Assembly: GCA_048500355.1 (NCBI GenBank) | Contig: JASNYD010000006.1 | Location: 288,211 to 352,210 of the forward strand | Direction of reading: 5' to 3' | DNA length: 64,000 nt | Source: Kofleriaceae bacterium | Lineage (GTDB): Bacteria; Myxococcota_A; Polyangia; Haliangiales; Haliangiaceae | In this document: positions 22,101 through 35,378 of the stretch, piece after piece | Layout: every line of letters begins with the position of its first letter | Numbering within the stretch: position 1 is the stretch's first letter | Translations under genes and position numbers: made by a program | Notes under the pieces: model-generated | Databases searched by the model: none | What the model was told of the DNA's origin: nothing | The model's input: the letters and a program-made list of their open reading frames with translations, nothing else

Positions 22101-22993
22101 GGCGCGCCTCCGCCGAGCGTGCGATCGAGGAAGTCGATGATGGCGAGCCAGGCCTCGGCGGTGTCGGACGACATGACGACGTCGTAGCGGCCGGCCGCGG
22201 CGTCGCGGTTCCACAGGTGGCCGCCGGCGGGCAGCGCCAGGAGCTCGGACGGCGTGCCGACGGCGTCGAGCGCCGCCTGCATGGCGCGCGCGTGCTCGAG
22301 GTCGACCAGCCAGTCCTCCTCGCCGTGGACGAACAGGAACGGCGGCGCGCCGGCGGCGACGTGGGTGACGGGCGAGGCCGCGTCCCACCGCTCGGGCACC
22401 GCCGCCTTGCTGCCGCCGACGAACTCGACCACGGCCGCGACCTCGGGGTAGAGGCGCAGGTCCTGCGGCCCGGCGCCCGAGATGACGGCGGCCGGCGGGC
22501 CGGTGGGGCCGGCCGCGCAGTCGGGCTGGTGGGTGGGCGCGCTCGCGGCCACCCCGAGCATCGACGCCAGGTGGCCGCCCGCCGAGTAGCCGAAGGTGGC
22601 GATGCGCGCCGGGTCGAGCCCCCACGCGGCGGCGCGGGCCCGCGTGAACGCCAGCGCGCACAGGGCGTCCTGCACCGCTGCCGGGTAGGTGCCGGCGGGC
22701 ACCAGGCGGTAGTTGATGTTGACCACCACGTAGCCGGCGCGGGCCAGACGCTCGGCGCCGAGCTGCATGGCGCCCTTGTCGCCCGAGCGCCAGCCGCCGC
22801 CGTGGATCGACAGCACCGCCGGCCAGCCGCCGGGCGGCGGCGCTCCCGCCGGCAGGTAGACGTCGAGCTCGGCCCGACCGTGGCGGTCATCGTAGGAGAT
22901 TCCTTCGATGGTCTCGACCCGGGCACAGCCGACGCCAACCAGCGTCCACAGGGTGAGAACCAGGAGCCACGGCCGCGACCGGGGGGACGTCAT
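22097..22993 (-). CDS. Alpha/beta hydrolase lipoprotein (esterase/lipase, BD-FAE/carboxylesterase-like)
   Basis: ATG at 22993 gives MTSPRSRPWLLVLTLWTLVGVGC (lipobox). The oxyanion motif is IHGGGW and the nucleophile elbow is GYSAGGH. DWLVDLEHA supplies the His. Confidence 0.7.
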   Translation of the reverse strand: MTSPRSRPWLLVLTLWTLVGVGCARVETIEGISYDDRHGRAELDVYLPAGAPPPGGWPAVLSIHGGGWRSGDKGAMQLGAERLARAGYVVVNINYRLVPAGTYPAAVQDALCALAFTRARAAAWGLDPARIATFGYSAGGHLASMLGVAASAPTHQPDCAAGPTGPPAAVISGAGPQDLRLYPEVAAVVEFVGGSKAAVPERWDAASPVTHVAAGAPPFLFVHGEEDWLVDLEHARAMQAALDAVGTPSELLALPAGGHLWNRDAAAGRYDVVMSSDTAEAWLAIIDFLDRTLGGGAP

Positions 22994-23047
22994 GGAAGGT
23001 GAGCAGAGCACGAGGCGGGCCAGCCCGGTTCGGGTCACAATGGGGAC

Positions 23048-23656
23048 GTGCGTACGGCCACCGTCCTCGCCCTGACCGCGGCCCTGGCGGCCGCCGGGTG
23101 CGACTCGCACCTCGAGGCCCGGGTCGGCGACGCGCTCCTGCCCCAGGCGCTGGGCGTGGTGCCGGCGGCCGCCGGGCCGACGGTCGTGGTGATGCCGGGT
23201 CAGCCCACGCCGGCCTTCGCGCCGGGCCCGGTGCGGGTGGCGATCGACCACGCCGTGCCGTGGCGCGAGGTCGAGCCGCTGCTCGCCGCCCTCGACGCCG
23301 CCGGCGCCCACCCGGCGTTCCTGGTCGGCCAGCGCCAGTACGTCCACGCCTTCCCGCTGTCGGACGAGCTGGCCGACGCGTACACGCTGCGCCTGCGGGC
23401 GCGCGCCACCGGCACGTTCTGCCTGTCGCCGCCGGGCACCCGCGAGGCCTACTGCGTGGAGGGCGGCACCCGCATGCACATCAGCTCGATGTACGTGCGC
23501 GAGGCGGTGCAGAAGGCGGTGGCCGAGTACCGCATCCGCCAGGCCTGGGTCATCCCCGAGCCCGACACCCGCTGGGCCGACGTCGTGCGCACGATCGACG
23601 GCGCCCGCACCTGCTGCCCCGACGGCTTCCGGGTGGCGGTCGCGCGCGCGCGCTGA
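23048..23656 (+). CDS. Hypothetical lipoprotein
   Basis: GTG start gives MRTATVLALTAALAAAGC (lipobox). 202 aa with several Cys, no recognisable domain. Confidence 0.5.
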   Translation: MRTATVLALTAALAAAGCDSHLEARVGDALLPQALGVVPAAAGPTVVVMPGQPTPAFAPGPVRVAIDHAVPWREVEPLLAALDAAGAHPAFLVGQRQYVHAFPLSDELADAYTLRLRARATGTFCLSPPGTREAYCVEGGTRMHISSMYVREAVQKAVAEYRIRQAWVIPEPDTRWADVVRTIDGARTCCPDGFRVAVARAR

Positions 23657-23782
23657 CCCGCGTCTGCCCCCGCGCGCCCGCGTTGGCGTCACCCGCGCGT
23701 CACCGGCTCGACTCCGAGACGCGCAGGGTTCGGCCCGTCGCCACTTCCCTTCGCCCGCGGATTTGGGCAGGGTGAGACCAGC

Positions 23783-25321
23783 ATGTCCGGGCCGGACGAC
23801 GAGATCCGCGCGACCACGCCGCCGCGCGACGACGCGACGCCGTTGCCGTCCGCCGACGGCACGGCCGAGGTCGTGCTGCTCGATCCCGAGGCCGCCGCCG
23901 ACATCACCCAGGAGATCCGCGCCGTCGCCGAGGCCCGCGCCGACGAGGACACCGGGCCCATGCCGGCGGCCGAGGCCGAGGCCGCCCCCGCGGCCGCGGG
24001 CGGCGGCGCCGACGACGAGCCCCTCGACGTCGACGAGCTGCGCGACGCCTGGGCGGTGCTCGACGTCGGCGAGCGCCTCGACGGCCTGCGCCTCCTGCCG
24101 CGGGAGGACGCCGAGGAGTTCTTCATCTCCTGCCACGCGGTGGACCAGACCGACGTGCTCCTGGCCATGCGCCCGGGCGAGCAGCGGTCGTGGATCCGCC
24201 TGCTCGAGCCCGACGACGTCGCCGACGTGATCCAGGCCGCGCCCGATGATCAGCGGGCGCGCCTGCTCGGCCTGCTCGACCGCCTGACCCGCAAGGAGGT
24301 CGAGGCCCTGCTCGCCTACGAGGAGGACGAGGCCGGCGGCCTCATGAACACGCGCTACACGCGCCTGCGCCCGGGCATGACCGTCGACGAGGCCATCGCC
24401 TACCTGCGCCGCCAGGCCCGCACCACCACCGAGACCATCTACTACTGCTACGTGCTCGACCCCGAGCAGCGCCTGGTCGGCGTGGTGTCGTTCCGCGACC
24501 TGTTCGCGGCGCCCGGCTCGGCCACCGTCGCCGAGATCATGGAGCGCGAGGTGGTGAGCGCCGCGCCCGAGACCGATCAGGAGCAGCTCGCCCACCTGTT
24601 CGCCGACCACGACCTGCCGGTCATCCCCATCGTCGACGCCGGCGGCTACATGAAGGGCATCGTCACCGTCGACGACATCGTCGACGTCGTGCAGGAGGAG
24701 GCCACCGAGGACGCCCAGAAGTTCGGCGGCATGGCGGCCCTCGAGGAGCCGTACCTCCAGGCCAGCCTGCTCGAGAACTTCAAGAAGCGCGGGGTGTGGC
24801 TGACCGTGCTCATGCTCGGCCAGATGCTCACCGCGAGCGTGATCGGCATCTTCCAGCACCAGCTCGAGACCGCGGTGGTGCTGGCGCTGTTCGTGCCGCT
24901 GGTCATCTCGAGCGGCGGCAACTCGGGGTCGCAGGCGTCGACCCTGGTCATCCGCGCCATGGCCCTGGGTGAGGTCCGCCCCGCCGACCTCCTGCGCGTG
25001 CTGCGCCGCGAGCTCCTGGCCGGCCTCGCCCTCGGCACGCTGCTGGGCGTGCTCGGCCTCCTGCGCGTGATCCTGTGGCCGGGCGCCAGCGACGCCTACA
25101 CCGAGCACTACGTGCTGGTCGGCGTGGTCATCGCCGGCAGCCTCCTGGGCGTGGTGCTGTTCGGCACCCTGGTCGGCGCCACCCTGCCCTTCCTCCTCCG
25201 CAAGCTGGGCGCCGACCCGGCCAGCGCCTCGGCGCCGTTCGTCGCCACCCTGGTCGACGTCACCGGCCTCATGATCTACTTCTCGATCGCCAACCTGATC
25301 CTGCGCGGCACCCTGCTGTGA
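23783..25321 (+). CDS. mgtE: Magnesium transporter MgtE
   Basis: An MgtE N-domain, tandem CBS domains (…YCYVLDPEQRLVGVVSFRDL… / …LPVIPIVDAGGYMKGIVTVDDIVD…) and a C-terminal MgtE membrane domain (…ISSGGNSGSQASTLVIRA…) form the full family architecture. Confidence 0.9.
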   Translation: MSGPDDEIRATTPPRDDATPLPSADGTAEVVLLDPEAAADITQEIRAVAEARADEDTGPMPAAEAEAAPAAAGGGADDEPLDVDELRDAWAVLDVGERLDGLRLLPREDAEEFFISCHAVDQTDVLLAMRPGEQRSWIRLLEPDDVADVIQAAPDDQRARLLGLLDRLTRKEVEALLAYEEDEAGGLMNTRYTRLRPGMTVDEAIAYLRRQARTTTETIYYCYVLDPEQRLVGVVSFRDLFAAPGSATVAEIMEREVVSAAPETDQEQLAHLFADHDLPVIPIVDAGGYMKGIVTVDDIVDVVQEEATEDAQKFGGMAALEEPYLQASLLENFKKRGVWLTVLMLGQMLTASVIGIFQHQLETAVVLALFVPLVISSGGNSGSQASTLVIRAMALGEVRPADLLRVLRRELLAGLALGTLLGVLGLLRVILWPGASDAYTEHYVLVGVVIAGSLLGVVLFGTLVGATLPFLLRKLGADPASASAPFVATLVDVTGLMIYFSIANLILRGTLL

Positions 25322-25331
25322 TCGGCGCCAG

Positions 25332-26069
25332 CTAGCCGAGGCCGGCCACGGCCAGGCCGGCGCACACCACCGGCGTCACGACCTCGAGCGCGCCGCCCAC
25401 CCGCGCCGGCACGACGTCGCGCAGCCGGTCGCCGACCAGGTTGCCGGCCAGGATCGCGACCGCGACGCCGGCGGCGAGGCCGAGGTACGACGGGTGCCAC
25501 ATCCCGACCGCGCCGTAGCCGCCGACCCGCACCACGTGCATCGCCGACGCGCCCACGCCGACCACCGCCAGGTAGCGCCGGCCGCTGAGCCCGGTCGACA
25601 GCAACAGCGGCCCGAGCAGGGCCGCCGCGCCGCCCGTGGTCGCGGCCAGGAACCCGACCGCGCCGCCCGCGGGCGCCACGCTCGCCGCCGGCAGGGACCA
25701 GCGCGCGCCGCTGGCCGCCCGCGCCAGCGCCCCGGCCGCCGCCACCAGCATGATCAGGCGGATCGCGCCGTCGGACAGCCCCGCCGTCAGCACCGCGCCG
25801 AGGAGCGTCCCCGGCACCAGCCCGAGCAGGAGGCGCCGCGCCACCGCGCGATCGAGGTCGCCCCGGTACAGCCACACCCGGTGCAGGTTGCCGACCAGGA
25901 GCGCCGCCGCGCTCACCACCAGCGCCGGCCGCGGCCCGAGCACCAGCGACAGCGCGAACACCAGCACCAGCCCGCCGCCCATCCCCGACAGGGTCGTCAG
26001 CGCGCCGGCGGTGAGCCCCAGCGCCGCCAGCGTCGCGAGCAGGGGGAGGTCGGTGAGCGCCGCGTCCAT
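25332..26069 (-). CDS. Sulfite exporter TauE/SafE family membrane protein (DUF81)
   Basis: Two-fold repeated 4-TM pattern with Gly-rich helices (...LSGMGGGLVLVFALSL... / ...AATTGGAAALLGPLLL...) is typical of TauE/SafE. Confidence 0.75.
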   Translation of the reverse strand: MDAALTDLPLLATLAALGLTAGALTTLSGMGGGLVLVFALSLVLGPRPALVVSAAALLVGNLHRVWLYRGDLDRAVARRLLLGLVPGTLLGAVLTAGLSDGAIRLIMLVAAAGALARAASGARWSLPAASVAPAGGAVGFLAATTGGAAALLGPLLLSTGLSGRRYLAVVGVGASAMHVVRVGGYGAVGMWHPSYLGLAAGVAVAILAGNLVGDRLRDVVPARVGGALEVVTPVVCAGLAVAGLG

Positions 26070-26173
26070 GCCCCCACGATGCCGAGCCGGGCCTCATTTG
26101 CATAATGGAATGATTTGATGAAGACCATCCGAAACCGTTATGACGGGGTCGGCCGCCGGGCTACCCTCGCCCC

Positions 26174-27016
26174 GTGCTCGACGAGCTCCGCTACCTGCTC
26201 CACATCACCGACACCGGCACCTTCACCGCCGCCGCGCGCAAGGCCCACCTGTCGCAGCCGGCGCTGTCGGCGGCGGTGCGCCGCCTCGAGGACGTCATGG
26301 GCGCGCGGCTGTTCCACCGCGGCGCCGCCGGCGCCGAGCTGACCGCCGCCGGCCACGCGCTCCTGCCCCACGCCCGCGCCGCCCTGGCCGCGGTCGAGGA
26401 CGGCCGCCGCGCCGTCGCCGAGCTCGAGGCCGGCGCCACCGGCGAGGTCCGGCTGGGCGCCGGCGCCACCGCCTGCACCTACTTCCTGCCCCCGATCCTC
26501 GCCACCTACCGCAAGCGCTGGCCGGGGGTCGTGCTGCGGGTGCGCGAGGCCTTCGGCGACGAGCTCGAGGAGCTGGTGACCGCCGGCGCCATCGACATCG
26601 CGATCATCACCGCCGCCACCCGCCGCGGCGGCCGCCGCGACGGCCTCGACCCGTGGCGCGACGACGAGCTGATCGTGGTCGGCGCGCCCGGCGTCAACCC
26701 GCGCGACGCCGGCTGGATCACGTTCGGCGCCGGCTCGCCGACGCGCGCCCTGCTGCTGGCACGCAACCCCGGCGCGCAGGTGGTCATGGAGCTGGGCTCG
26801 ATCGCCGCGGTCAAGGGCCACGTCCGCGCCGGCATCGGCCTGGCCCTGGTGTCGCGCGCCGCGGTCGCCGCCGACGTCGCGCGCGGCGCGCTGGTCGAGC
26901 TCGAGCTGCCGTGGGCGCCGGTCACCCGCCGCCTGGCGCTGCGCCACCGCGGCGTCGATCGCCTGCCCCCGGCCGCCGCCCGCCTCCGCGATGTGCTGCT
27001 GGAACGCTTGCCCTGA
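26174..27016 (+). CDS. LysR-family transcriptional regulator
   Basis: N-terminal HTH LRYLLHITDTGTFTAAARKAHLSQPALSAAVRRLEDVMGARLFHR plus a LysR substrate-binding domain. Divergent from the TauE gene. Confidence 0.85.
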   Translation: MLDELRYLLHITDTGTFTAAARKAHLSQPALSAAVRRLEDVMGARLFHRGAAGAELTAAGHALLPHARAALAAVEDGRRAVAELEAGATGEVRLGAGATACTYFLPPILATYRKRWPGVVLRVREAFGDELEELVTAGAIDIAIITAATRRGGRRDGLDPWRDDELIVVGAPGVNPRDAGWITFGAGSPTRALLLARNPGAQVVMELGSIAAVKGHVRAGIGLALVSRAAVAADVARGALVELELPWAPVTRRLALRHRGVDRLPPAAARLRDVLLERLP

Positions 27017-27046
27017 GCGACCGTCCCGGCTATCAGGAGTCTGCCG

Positions 27047-27943
27047 ATGATCCCGACCCGCGTGTACCACTATCGCGATCCCGCGGCGGTCATCCTCGGC
27101 CTCAAGGAGCTGCGCAAGAAGGGCCTGACCCCGCGCGGCATCCTGTTCGTCGCGCTCGACCCGCGCGGCGAGACCTACATCGCGGTGCCCGAGGATCTCG
27201 ACGCGGTCGCCAACGTCCGGGTCGGCGACAAGCTCTCGCTCGAGCCGCCGTGGCAGGGCCGCTACTTCCACCTCGACGCCGTCCATCGCCTGCCCGGGGA
27301 CACCGTGCTGTGGAACGGCGATCGCCGCCTCGGCGACACCGGCAGCGCGCCCGAGGTCGCGTGCGCGATCTCCGAGTGGCTCAAGGGCTCGAGCGCCAAG
27401 AACGTCTTCCTCGGCTGCACCCCGCACCAGCCCGGGTCGTGGTGGACGCTCGATCACCGCTCGCCGGTGGTCGACCTCCACGCCCGCGGCCTGGTCGACA
27501 CCGTGGTCACCACCTCCGGCCTGCTCGCCCGCCGCATCGACGAGCCCGGCCTCTTCCACATCGACTTCGCGACCCTGGCCGCCCACCAGGGCCCGCGCGA
27601 CGGGTGGCAGGAGGTGTTCAAGAGCGAGATGGGCAACATCCTGCTCGTCGAGCGCCGCGTCCTCGGCTACCGGCTGGTCCTGACCTGCGAGCGCGGGCTG
27701 GTCGAGATCGACGTCAGCCACCTGCCCGATCTGGTGATCGAGACCGCGCGCGTGCCCATGCAATCGGGCTTCGGCGTGGTCGGCCGCATCGACGGCGGCG
27801 CCTTCGCCGTCACCGCCGGTCGGGTCGAGCCGTGGGGCCTGTCCGACGTCAGCCCGGCGATGCTGGTGGGCTCGCCCAACGAGACCATCCTCGATCTGCC
27901 GCGCACGCTGCGCGAGCACCCCGACCTGGCACCTCCGGAGTGA
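27047..27943 (+). CDS. Hypothetical protein, 30 bp downstream of the LysR gene on the same strand
   Basis: 298 aa with balanced composition (MIPTRVYHYRDPAAVILGLKELRKKGLTPRGILFV...). No motif recognised. Confidence 0.5.
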   Translation: MIPTRVYHYRDPAAVILGLKELRKKGLTPRGILFVALDPRGETYIAVPEDLDAVANVRVGDKLSLEPPWQGRYFHLDAVHRLPGDTVLWNGDRRLGDTGSAPEVACAISEWLKGSSAKNVFLGCTPHQPGSWWTLDHRSPVVDLHARGLVDTVVTTSGLLARRIDEPGLFHIDFATLAAHQGPRDGWQEVFKSEMGNILLVERRVLGYRLVLTCERGLVEIDVSHLPDLVIETARVPMQSGFGVVGRIDGGAFAVTAGRVEPWGLSDVSPAMLVGSPNETILDLPRTLREHPDLAPPE

Positions 27944-28032
27944 CGTCGCGCGCCCGTGATCCGGACCATGCGACCGGGTCCGGCCACGCTTTCGGCCTCG
28001 ACGCCGCGCGCCGCGCGCCGAATACTCGAGGG

Positions 28033-28248
28033 ATGTCGGCTCCGCTCCCTCACGCTCGGGTCGTGCGCAAGGGCGGCGTCGCGGTCGCGCCGCCGCCGGT
28101 GCCCATGCGCGAACGCCTGGCCGCCCTCGAGGCCGGCCTCGGCCCGCGGACCCGCGACGCGCTGGCCGCGATCATCGGCCTGTGGCCGGTGACCGCCGTG
28201 CTCCTGCTCGCGCTCGGGCTGATGTGGCTGTCGGTGATGAACGCCTGA
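28033..28248 (+). CDS. Possible small membrane protein (71 aa)
   Basis: MSAPLPHARVVRKGG...AAIIGLWPVTAVLLLALGLMWLSVMNA has one C-terminal TM helix. It is the in-frame tail of a junk ORF. Weak call. Confidence 0.25.
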   Translation: MSAPLPHARVVRKGGVAVAPPPVPMRERLAALEAGLGPRTRDALAAIIGLWPVTAVLLLALGLMWLSVMNA

Positions 28249-28317
28249 CGCCCCGCCCGATGCCGCGCGCGGACGATCGGCGCGCCCGACCGGGATCCGG
28301 ACGGCGCGCGTCACCGG

Positions 28318-29451
28318 TCAGAAGCGGCCGCTGGCCGCGAACCCGGTCAGCCCGGGACCGAACACCGGCGTGAGGCTCACGCCCAGGTCCTCGGCCTGCT
28401 TGGACAGCGGGTCGATGCGGTAGGCCTCGGGCCGGTTGATGATGACCAGGGCCACGCCGGCGGCCAGGGCCAGCCCGCCGGCCACGTACATCGTCGCGGC
28501 CAGGGTCTGCTTGTTCTCGGCGCTCGACTTGAGGTCGAAGGTGGCCGGGGTCGGCATCGAGCAGCCGCCCGACGGATCGGTCTGCGCGCAGCGGGCGATC
28601 GCGGCGTCGTAGTCCTCGAAGCCGCCCTTGGCCGAGCTGTGCATGAACGCGCCGACGCCGCCCAGCACGACGCCGGCGCCGAGCACGGTGTACGGCACCC
28701 AGACCGGCATCTTGCGCTTCTCGCGGGTCAGCTCGGCGTCGGTGAACAGCTTGAGCTCCATGCGCGAGGTCTCGCCGCCGCCGAGCTTGAGGTTGAGCTG
28801 GGTCGGCGCGTAGCCGGGCGCGCGCGCGGCGATCGAGTGCTCGCCGGCGCGGATGAGCGCGGCGTAGGTCCCCGGCCCCTGCAGCACCTCCTTGCCGTCG
28901 AGGATCAGCACCGAGCCGGGCTCCGACACCGTGTACTCGACGCGGACGAGCTGCTTCTCGACCAGCAGCTTGAAGTCCTTGGCGCGGGCGAACTTGTCCT
29001 CGCCCAGCGGCAGGTCGCCGTGGGACAGCGCCTTCTCGAGGGCGGCGTGCATGTCGACCGGCTGGTCGAGGTTCACCAGGGCCAGCGCCAGGTTGTAGTG
29101 GATGGCGGGGTGGTCCCAGTGGGTGAGGGCCTCGCGGTACTTCTCCGCCGCCTTGGGGAAGAGGGCGTCGCGCAGCATGCCGTTGGCCTCGTTGAACAGC
29201 GCCAGCGCCTTGCGCTGCTGCTCCGCGGACACGCCGCGGGCCCACGGCCGCGAGTCCTCCTGCTGCGCGGTCGCGAGATCCTTGTCGGTGAACTGCTTGG
29301 GCGGCCCCTGCGGCTCCTCGGGCTTGTCGCCGGGCGGCTTGTCCCCGGGCTGCGCGGCGGCGGCCGAGACGAGGAGGGCGAGGGTCAGCCCGGACGCGAC
29401 GGTGGTGGCGACGGTGGAGGCGGTGGAGGCGATCGACGTGAAGGCTCGCAT
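28318..29451 (-). CDS. Secreted/membrane-anchored protein with TPR-like repeats, a PEGA-like domain and one TM helix; encoded immediately downstream of the kinase-NTPase gene
   Basis: ATG at 29451 gives MRAFTSIASTASTVATTVASGLTLALLVSAAAAQP (signal). The TPR-like segment is AAEKYREALTHWDHPAIHYNLALALVNLDQP. The PEGA-like segment is VSEPGSVLILDGKEVLQGPGTYAALIRAGEHSIAARAPGYAPTQLNLKL. The TM helix is VWVPYTVLGAGVVLGGVGAFM. Confidence 0.6.
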   Translation of the reverse strand: MRAFTSIASTASTVATTVASGLTLALLVSAAAAQPGDKPPGDKPEEPQGPPKQFTDKDLATAQQEDSRPWARGVSAEQQRKALALFNEANGMLRDALFPKAAEKYREALTHWDHPAIHYNLALALVNLDQPVDMHAALEKALSHGDLPLGEDKFARAKDFKLLVEKQLVRVEYTVSEPGSVLILDGKEVLQGPGTYAALIRAGEHSIAARAPGYAPTQLNLKLGGGETSRMELKLFTDAELTREKRKMPVWVPYTVLGAGVVLGGVGAFMHSSAKGGFEDYDAAIARCAQTDPSGGCSMPTPATFDLKSSAENKQTLAATMYVAGGLALAAGVALVIINRPEAYRIDPLSKQAEDLGVSLTPVFGPGLTGFAASGRF

Positions 29452-29567
29452 GTCATCTCCGGTGGGATCAGGCTCGCGACGACCGAGCCAGCGACGAACG
29501 TGAAGGTGAAGAGGATGGGCCAGGTCGTGCCGGCGCCGGCACGCGCCGGACCGGGAGCACGACGTCG

Positions 29568-32597
<3,030 letters not shown>

Positions 32598-32967
32598 GGT
32601 GCGATCGGCGGGCGCGCTGCGACCGTCGGCGGGCGCCGGCGCGGGCCGCGCCGGCGCGGGCGCCGGCGCGGGGGACCGCGGCCGGGCCGACCGGGGGCGC
32701 CGACCGCGCCGCCGATCACCTGGGTCTTGTCGCTGGGCGCGGCCTTGCTTCCGTTGCTGTTCGGATCACTCATCGGGCACCGGGTGGGCTAGCGAGAACG
32801 GCAGAGGACGACCGCACGCGCGGTTCCCCCTTGTGGACCGCGGAGATAGTAGCGTGAACCTCGACGTAGATCGTGGGAAACGGGCGCTTTCCTCACGCGG
32901 CATCGGTAGGGTCGCTTACACACCGACGGGTAGCGAGTGAGCGCACACGCGCGCTACTGTCGCCGCG

Positions 32968-34713
32968 ATGGCGACACCCGCGACGACGATCGACGAGCTG
33001 GCCCGCGGCTTCCGCGCCGCGTACCTCGACCACGCGACCCTGACCGCGCAGCTCGAGGCGTGGCGCGACGCCTTCCCCGACCTGGTGCGACTGCGCTCGC
33101 TCGGCACGACGCCCGAGGGCCGCGACCTGTGGCTGCTCACGCTGGGCGTCGAGCCCGACCGGGCGCGGCCCACCGCCTGGATCGACGGCAACATGCACGC
33201 CTCGGAGCTGGCGGGGTCGAGCGTGGCCCTGGCCATCGCCGAGGACGTGCTGCGCGCCCACGTCGAGCCCGAGGCCTTCGCGCGGCGCAGCGGGCTGGCG
33301 GCGTCGGTGATCGAGCGCGTGCGCGCCGCCCGCTTCTTCGTCTTGCCGCGGATGAGCCCCGACGGCGCCGAGTGCGTGCTGCGCACCGGCCGCTTCGTGC
33401 GCAGCGTGCCGCGCGACGAGCGCCCCGACCGCGGCGCCGCCCGCTGGCGCAGCGGCGACGTCGACGGTGACGGCCTGGCGTTCGTGATGCGCCAGCTCGA
33501 TCCGACCGGCGACTACGTCGCCAGCGCCGCCCACCCCGACCTCCTGGTGGCGCGCGAGCTCGACGACGCCGGGCCGTTCTACCGCGTCCACCCCGAGGGC
33601 ACGATCGAGCACTTCGACGGCTTCACCGTCCCCGAGCCGGTGTTCGTCGGCGACAACCCGATCGATCTCAACCGCAACTTCCCGTGGTCGTGGTCGCCGG
33701 CCCACGAGCAGCTCGGCGCCGGCCCGTTCCCGGCCAGCGAGCCCGAGTCGCGCGCCGTCGTCGAGTGGGCGGTGGCCCACCCCGAGATCTTCGCCTGGCT
33801 CAACCTGCACTGCTACGGCGGCGTCTTCATCCGGCCCCTCGGCCACGGCCCCGACAGCAAGATGGATCAGGACGACCTCGGGCTGTGGAGGCTGCTCGGG
33901 CAGTGGGCCGAGGCCGACACCGGCTACCCGATGGTGTCGGGCTACGAGGAGTTCCTCTACGCGCCCGACCAGCCGCTGCACGGCGACCTCACCGACTTCG
34001 CCTACAACCAGCGCGGCACGATCGGCTACGTCGTCGAGCTGTGGGACATCTACCGGCGCCTCGGCCTGCCCCGCCCCAAGAAGTTCGTCGACTACTACAC
34101 CCACCTCACCCGCGCCGACATGGAGAAGCTGGCCGCGTGGGACCGCGAGCACAACGCCGGCCGCATCGTGCGGCCGTGGCGCAAGGTCACCCACCCGCAG
34201 CTCGGCGAGGTCGAGGTCGGCGGCATCGATCCGCGCTTCGGCCTGTGGAACCCGCCGTTCGAGCTGCTCGACGAGGTGTGCCAGGCGCAGAGCCGCTGCT
34301 TCCTGCGGGTGGCGGCGCTGGCGCCGGCGGTGACCGTGCGCCACGCCCGCGCGGTGGCGCTGGGCGACGGCCTGTCGCGCGTCGAGCTGGTGGTCGACAA
34401 CACCGGCTACCTGCCGACCTACGTCCTGTCGTCGGCGAAGAAGCTCGACTGGAACGAGCCGCTCTACGCCGACGCCACCTGTGACGGCGGGTGCGCGCTG
34501 GTCGACGGCGCGGCCGCGCGCGTGACCGTCGGCCACCTCGAGGGCTGGGGCCGCGGCGTCGGCACCGGCGCCAACGAGCTCGCCTACCTGCGCAGCAACG
34601 GCAACCGCGGCAGCGGCCGCGCCACGTGGGTGGTGCGCGGCCAGGGCGTCGTGCGCGTCCGTGCCGGCTCGTGCCGGGTCGGCTTCGTCGAGGCCACGGT
34701 CGAGCTCGGCTGA
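32968..34713 (+). CDS. Peptidase M14 family zinc carboxypeptidase
   Basis: The HxxE zinc-site context is WIDGNMHASELAG. Downstream carboxypeptidase-A-like motifs are DLNRNFP and NLHCYGG, and an M14 catalytic-Glu context is IGYVVELW. Confidence 0.8.
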   Translation: MATPATTIDELARGFRAAYLDHATLTAQLEAWRDAFPDLVRLRSLGTTPEGRDLWLLTLGVEPDRARPTAWIDGNMHASELAGSSVALAIAEDVLRAHVEPEAFARRSGLAASVIERVRAARFFVLPRMSPDGAECVLRTGRFVRSVPRDERPDRGAARWRSGDVDGDGLAFVMRQLDPTGDYVASAAHPDLLVARELDDAGPFYRVHPEGTIEHFDGFTVPEPVFVGDNPIDLNRNFPWSWSPAHEQLGAGPFPASEPESRAVVEWAVAHPEIFAWLNLHCYGGVFIRPLGHGPDSKMDQDDLGLWRLLGQWAEADTGYPMVSGYEEFLYAPDQPLHGDLTDFAYNQRGTIGYVVELWDIYRRLGLPRPKKFVDYYTHLTRADMEKLAAWDREHNAGRIVRPWRKVTHPQLGEVEVGGIDPRFGLWNPPFELLDEVCQAQSRCFLRVAALAPAVTVRHARAVALGDGLSRVELVVDNTGYLPTYVLSSAKKLDWNEPLYADATCDGGCALVDGAAARVTVGHLEGWGRGVGTGANELAYLRSNGNRGSGRATWVVRGQGVVRVRAGSCRVGFVEATVELG

Positions 34714-34793
34714 GCGTGGGATGCCTTCACCCGCGCTTGATCCGAGCCGCGGGCGTCTCGCCGCCGGGAACGCGGGTCAGCCCCGGCCCGGGA

Positions 34794-35330
34794 TCAAGTC
34801 CGCGCGATCGCGGCCGGCACCGGCGACCGCCGCTGGACGCGGCGCTCCAGCCGGAAGGCGACGATCCCGACCACGAGGAGGCTCGGACCACCGAGCGCGC
34901 GGAGCAGCACGGCGGACGGCAGCACACGCAGGGCCACCTCAGGGCGGAGCTCGGCGGCCACCGTCTCGTCGTCGCCGTGGTGAGCGTGGCCGCCCAGCGC
35001 GGCGATGAGGATGGCGAGCGAGATGATGAGCGAGCCGAGATCCAGCGCCAGCAGTCCCCAGGCGGCGGGGCGCAGGACCCGGAGCCGGGGCCGGATCGAC
35101 ACGGCGCCGCCGACGAGCGCGCCCAGCCCGAGCCACGCGAGCGCCGCGACCGATCCGGACCCCGTGGCGACGACGATGGCGCCGACCCCACCGGCGAGCG
35201 CGAGCACGAGGGCGACCGCGCGCAGCACCGCCCGCCGCCCGCCGGTCAGCTCGTCGGGCAGCGGGGGCGCTCTCGGCACGCGCGCGAACCATCCCCCCTG
35301 GTCCAGGCCCAGATGCTCCCGGAGCGCCAT
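34794..35330 (-). CDS. Hypothetical small membrane protein
   Basis: ATG at 35330 gives MALREHLGLDQGGWFARVPRAPP. Three predicted TM helices (AVLRAVALVLALAGGVGAIVVA, ALAWLGLGALVGGAV, LALDLGSLIISLAILIAAL). The rest of the track ORF is junk. Confidence 0.45.
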   Translation of the reverse strand: MALREHLGLDQGGWFARVPRAPPLPDELTGGRRAVLRAVALVLALAGGVGAIVVATGSGSVAALAWLGLGALVGGAVSIRPRLRVLRPAAWGLLALDLGSLIISLAILIAALGGHAHHGDDETVAAELRPEVALRVLPSAVLLRALGGPSLLVVGIVAFRLERRVQRRSPVPAAIART

Positions 35331-35378
35331 GCCGGGAGGTTGCCACGCGCCGGCCCGGCAAACGCGGTAAGAAGCGGC

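Noticed and set aside
28172-29245. 357-aa minus-strand ORF overlapping the PEGA/TPR gene in another frame
   Set aside because: Arg/Gly-rich junk composition. The alternative frame, 28318-29451, has a signal peptide, TPR/PEGA motifs and a TM helix.
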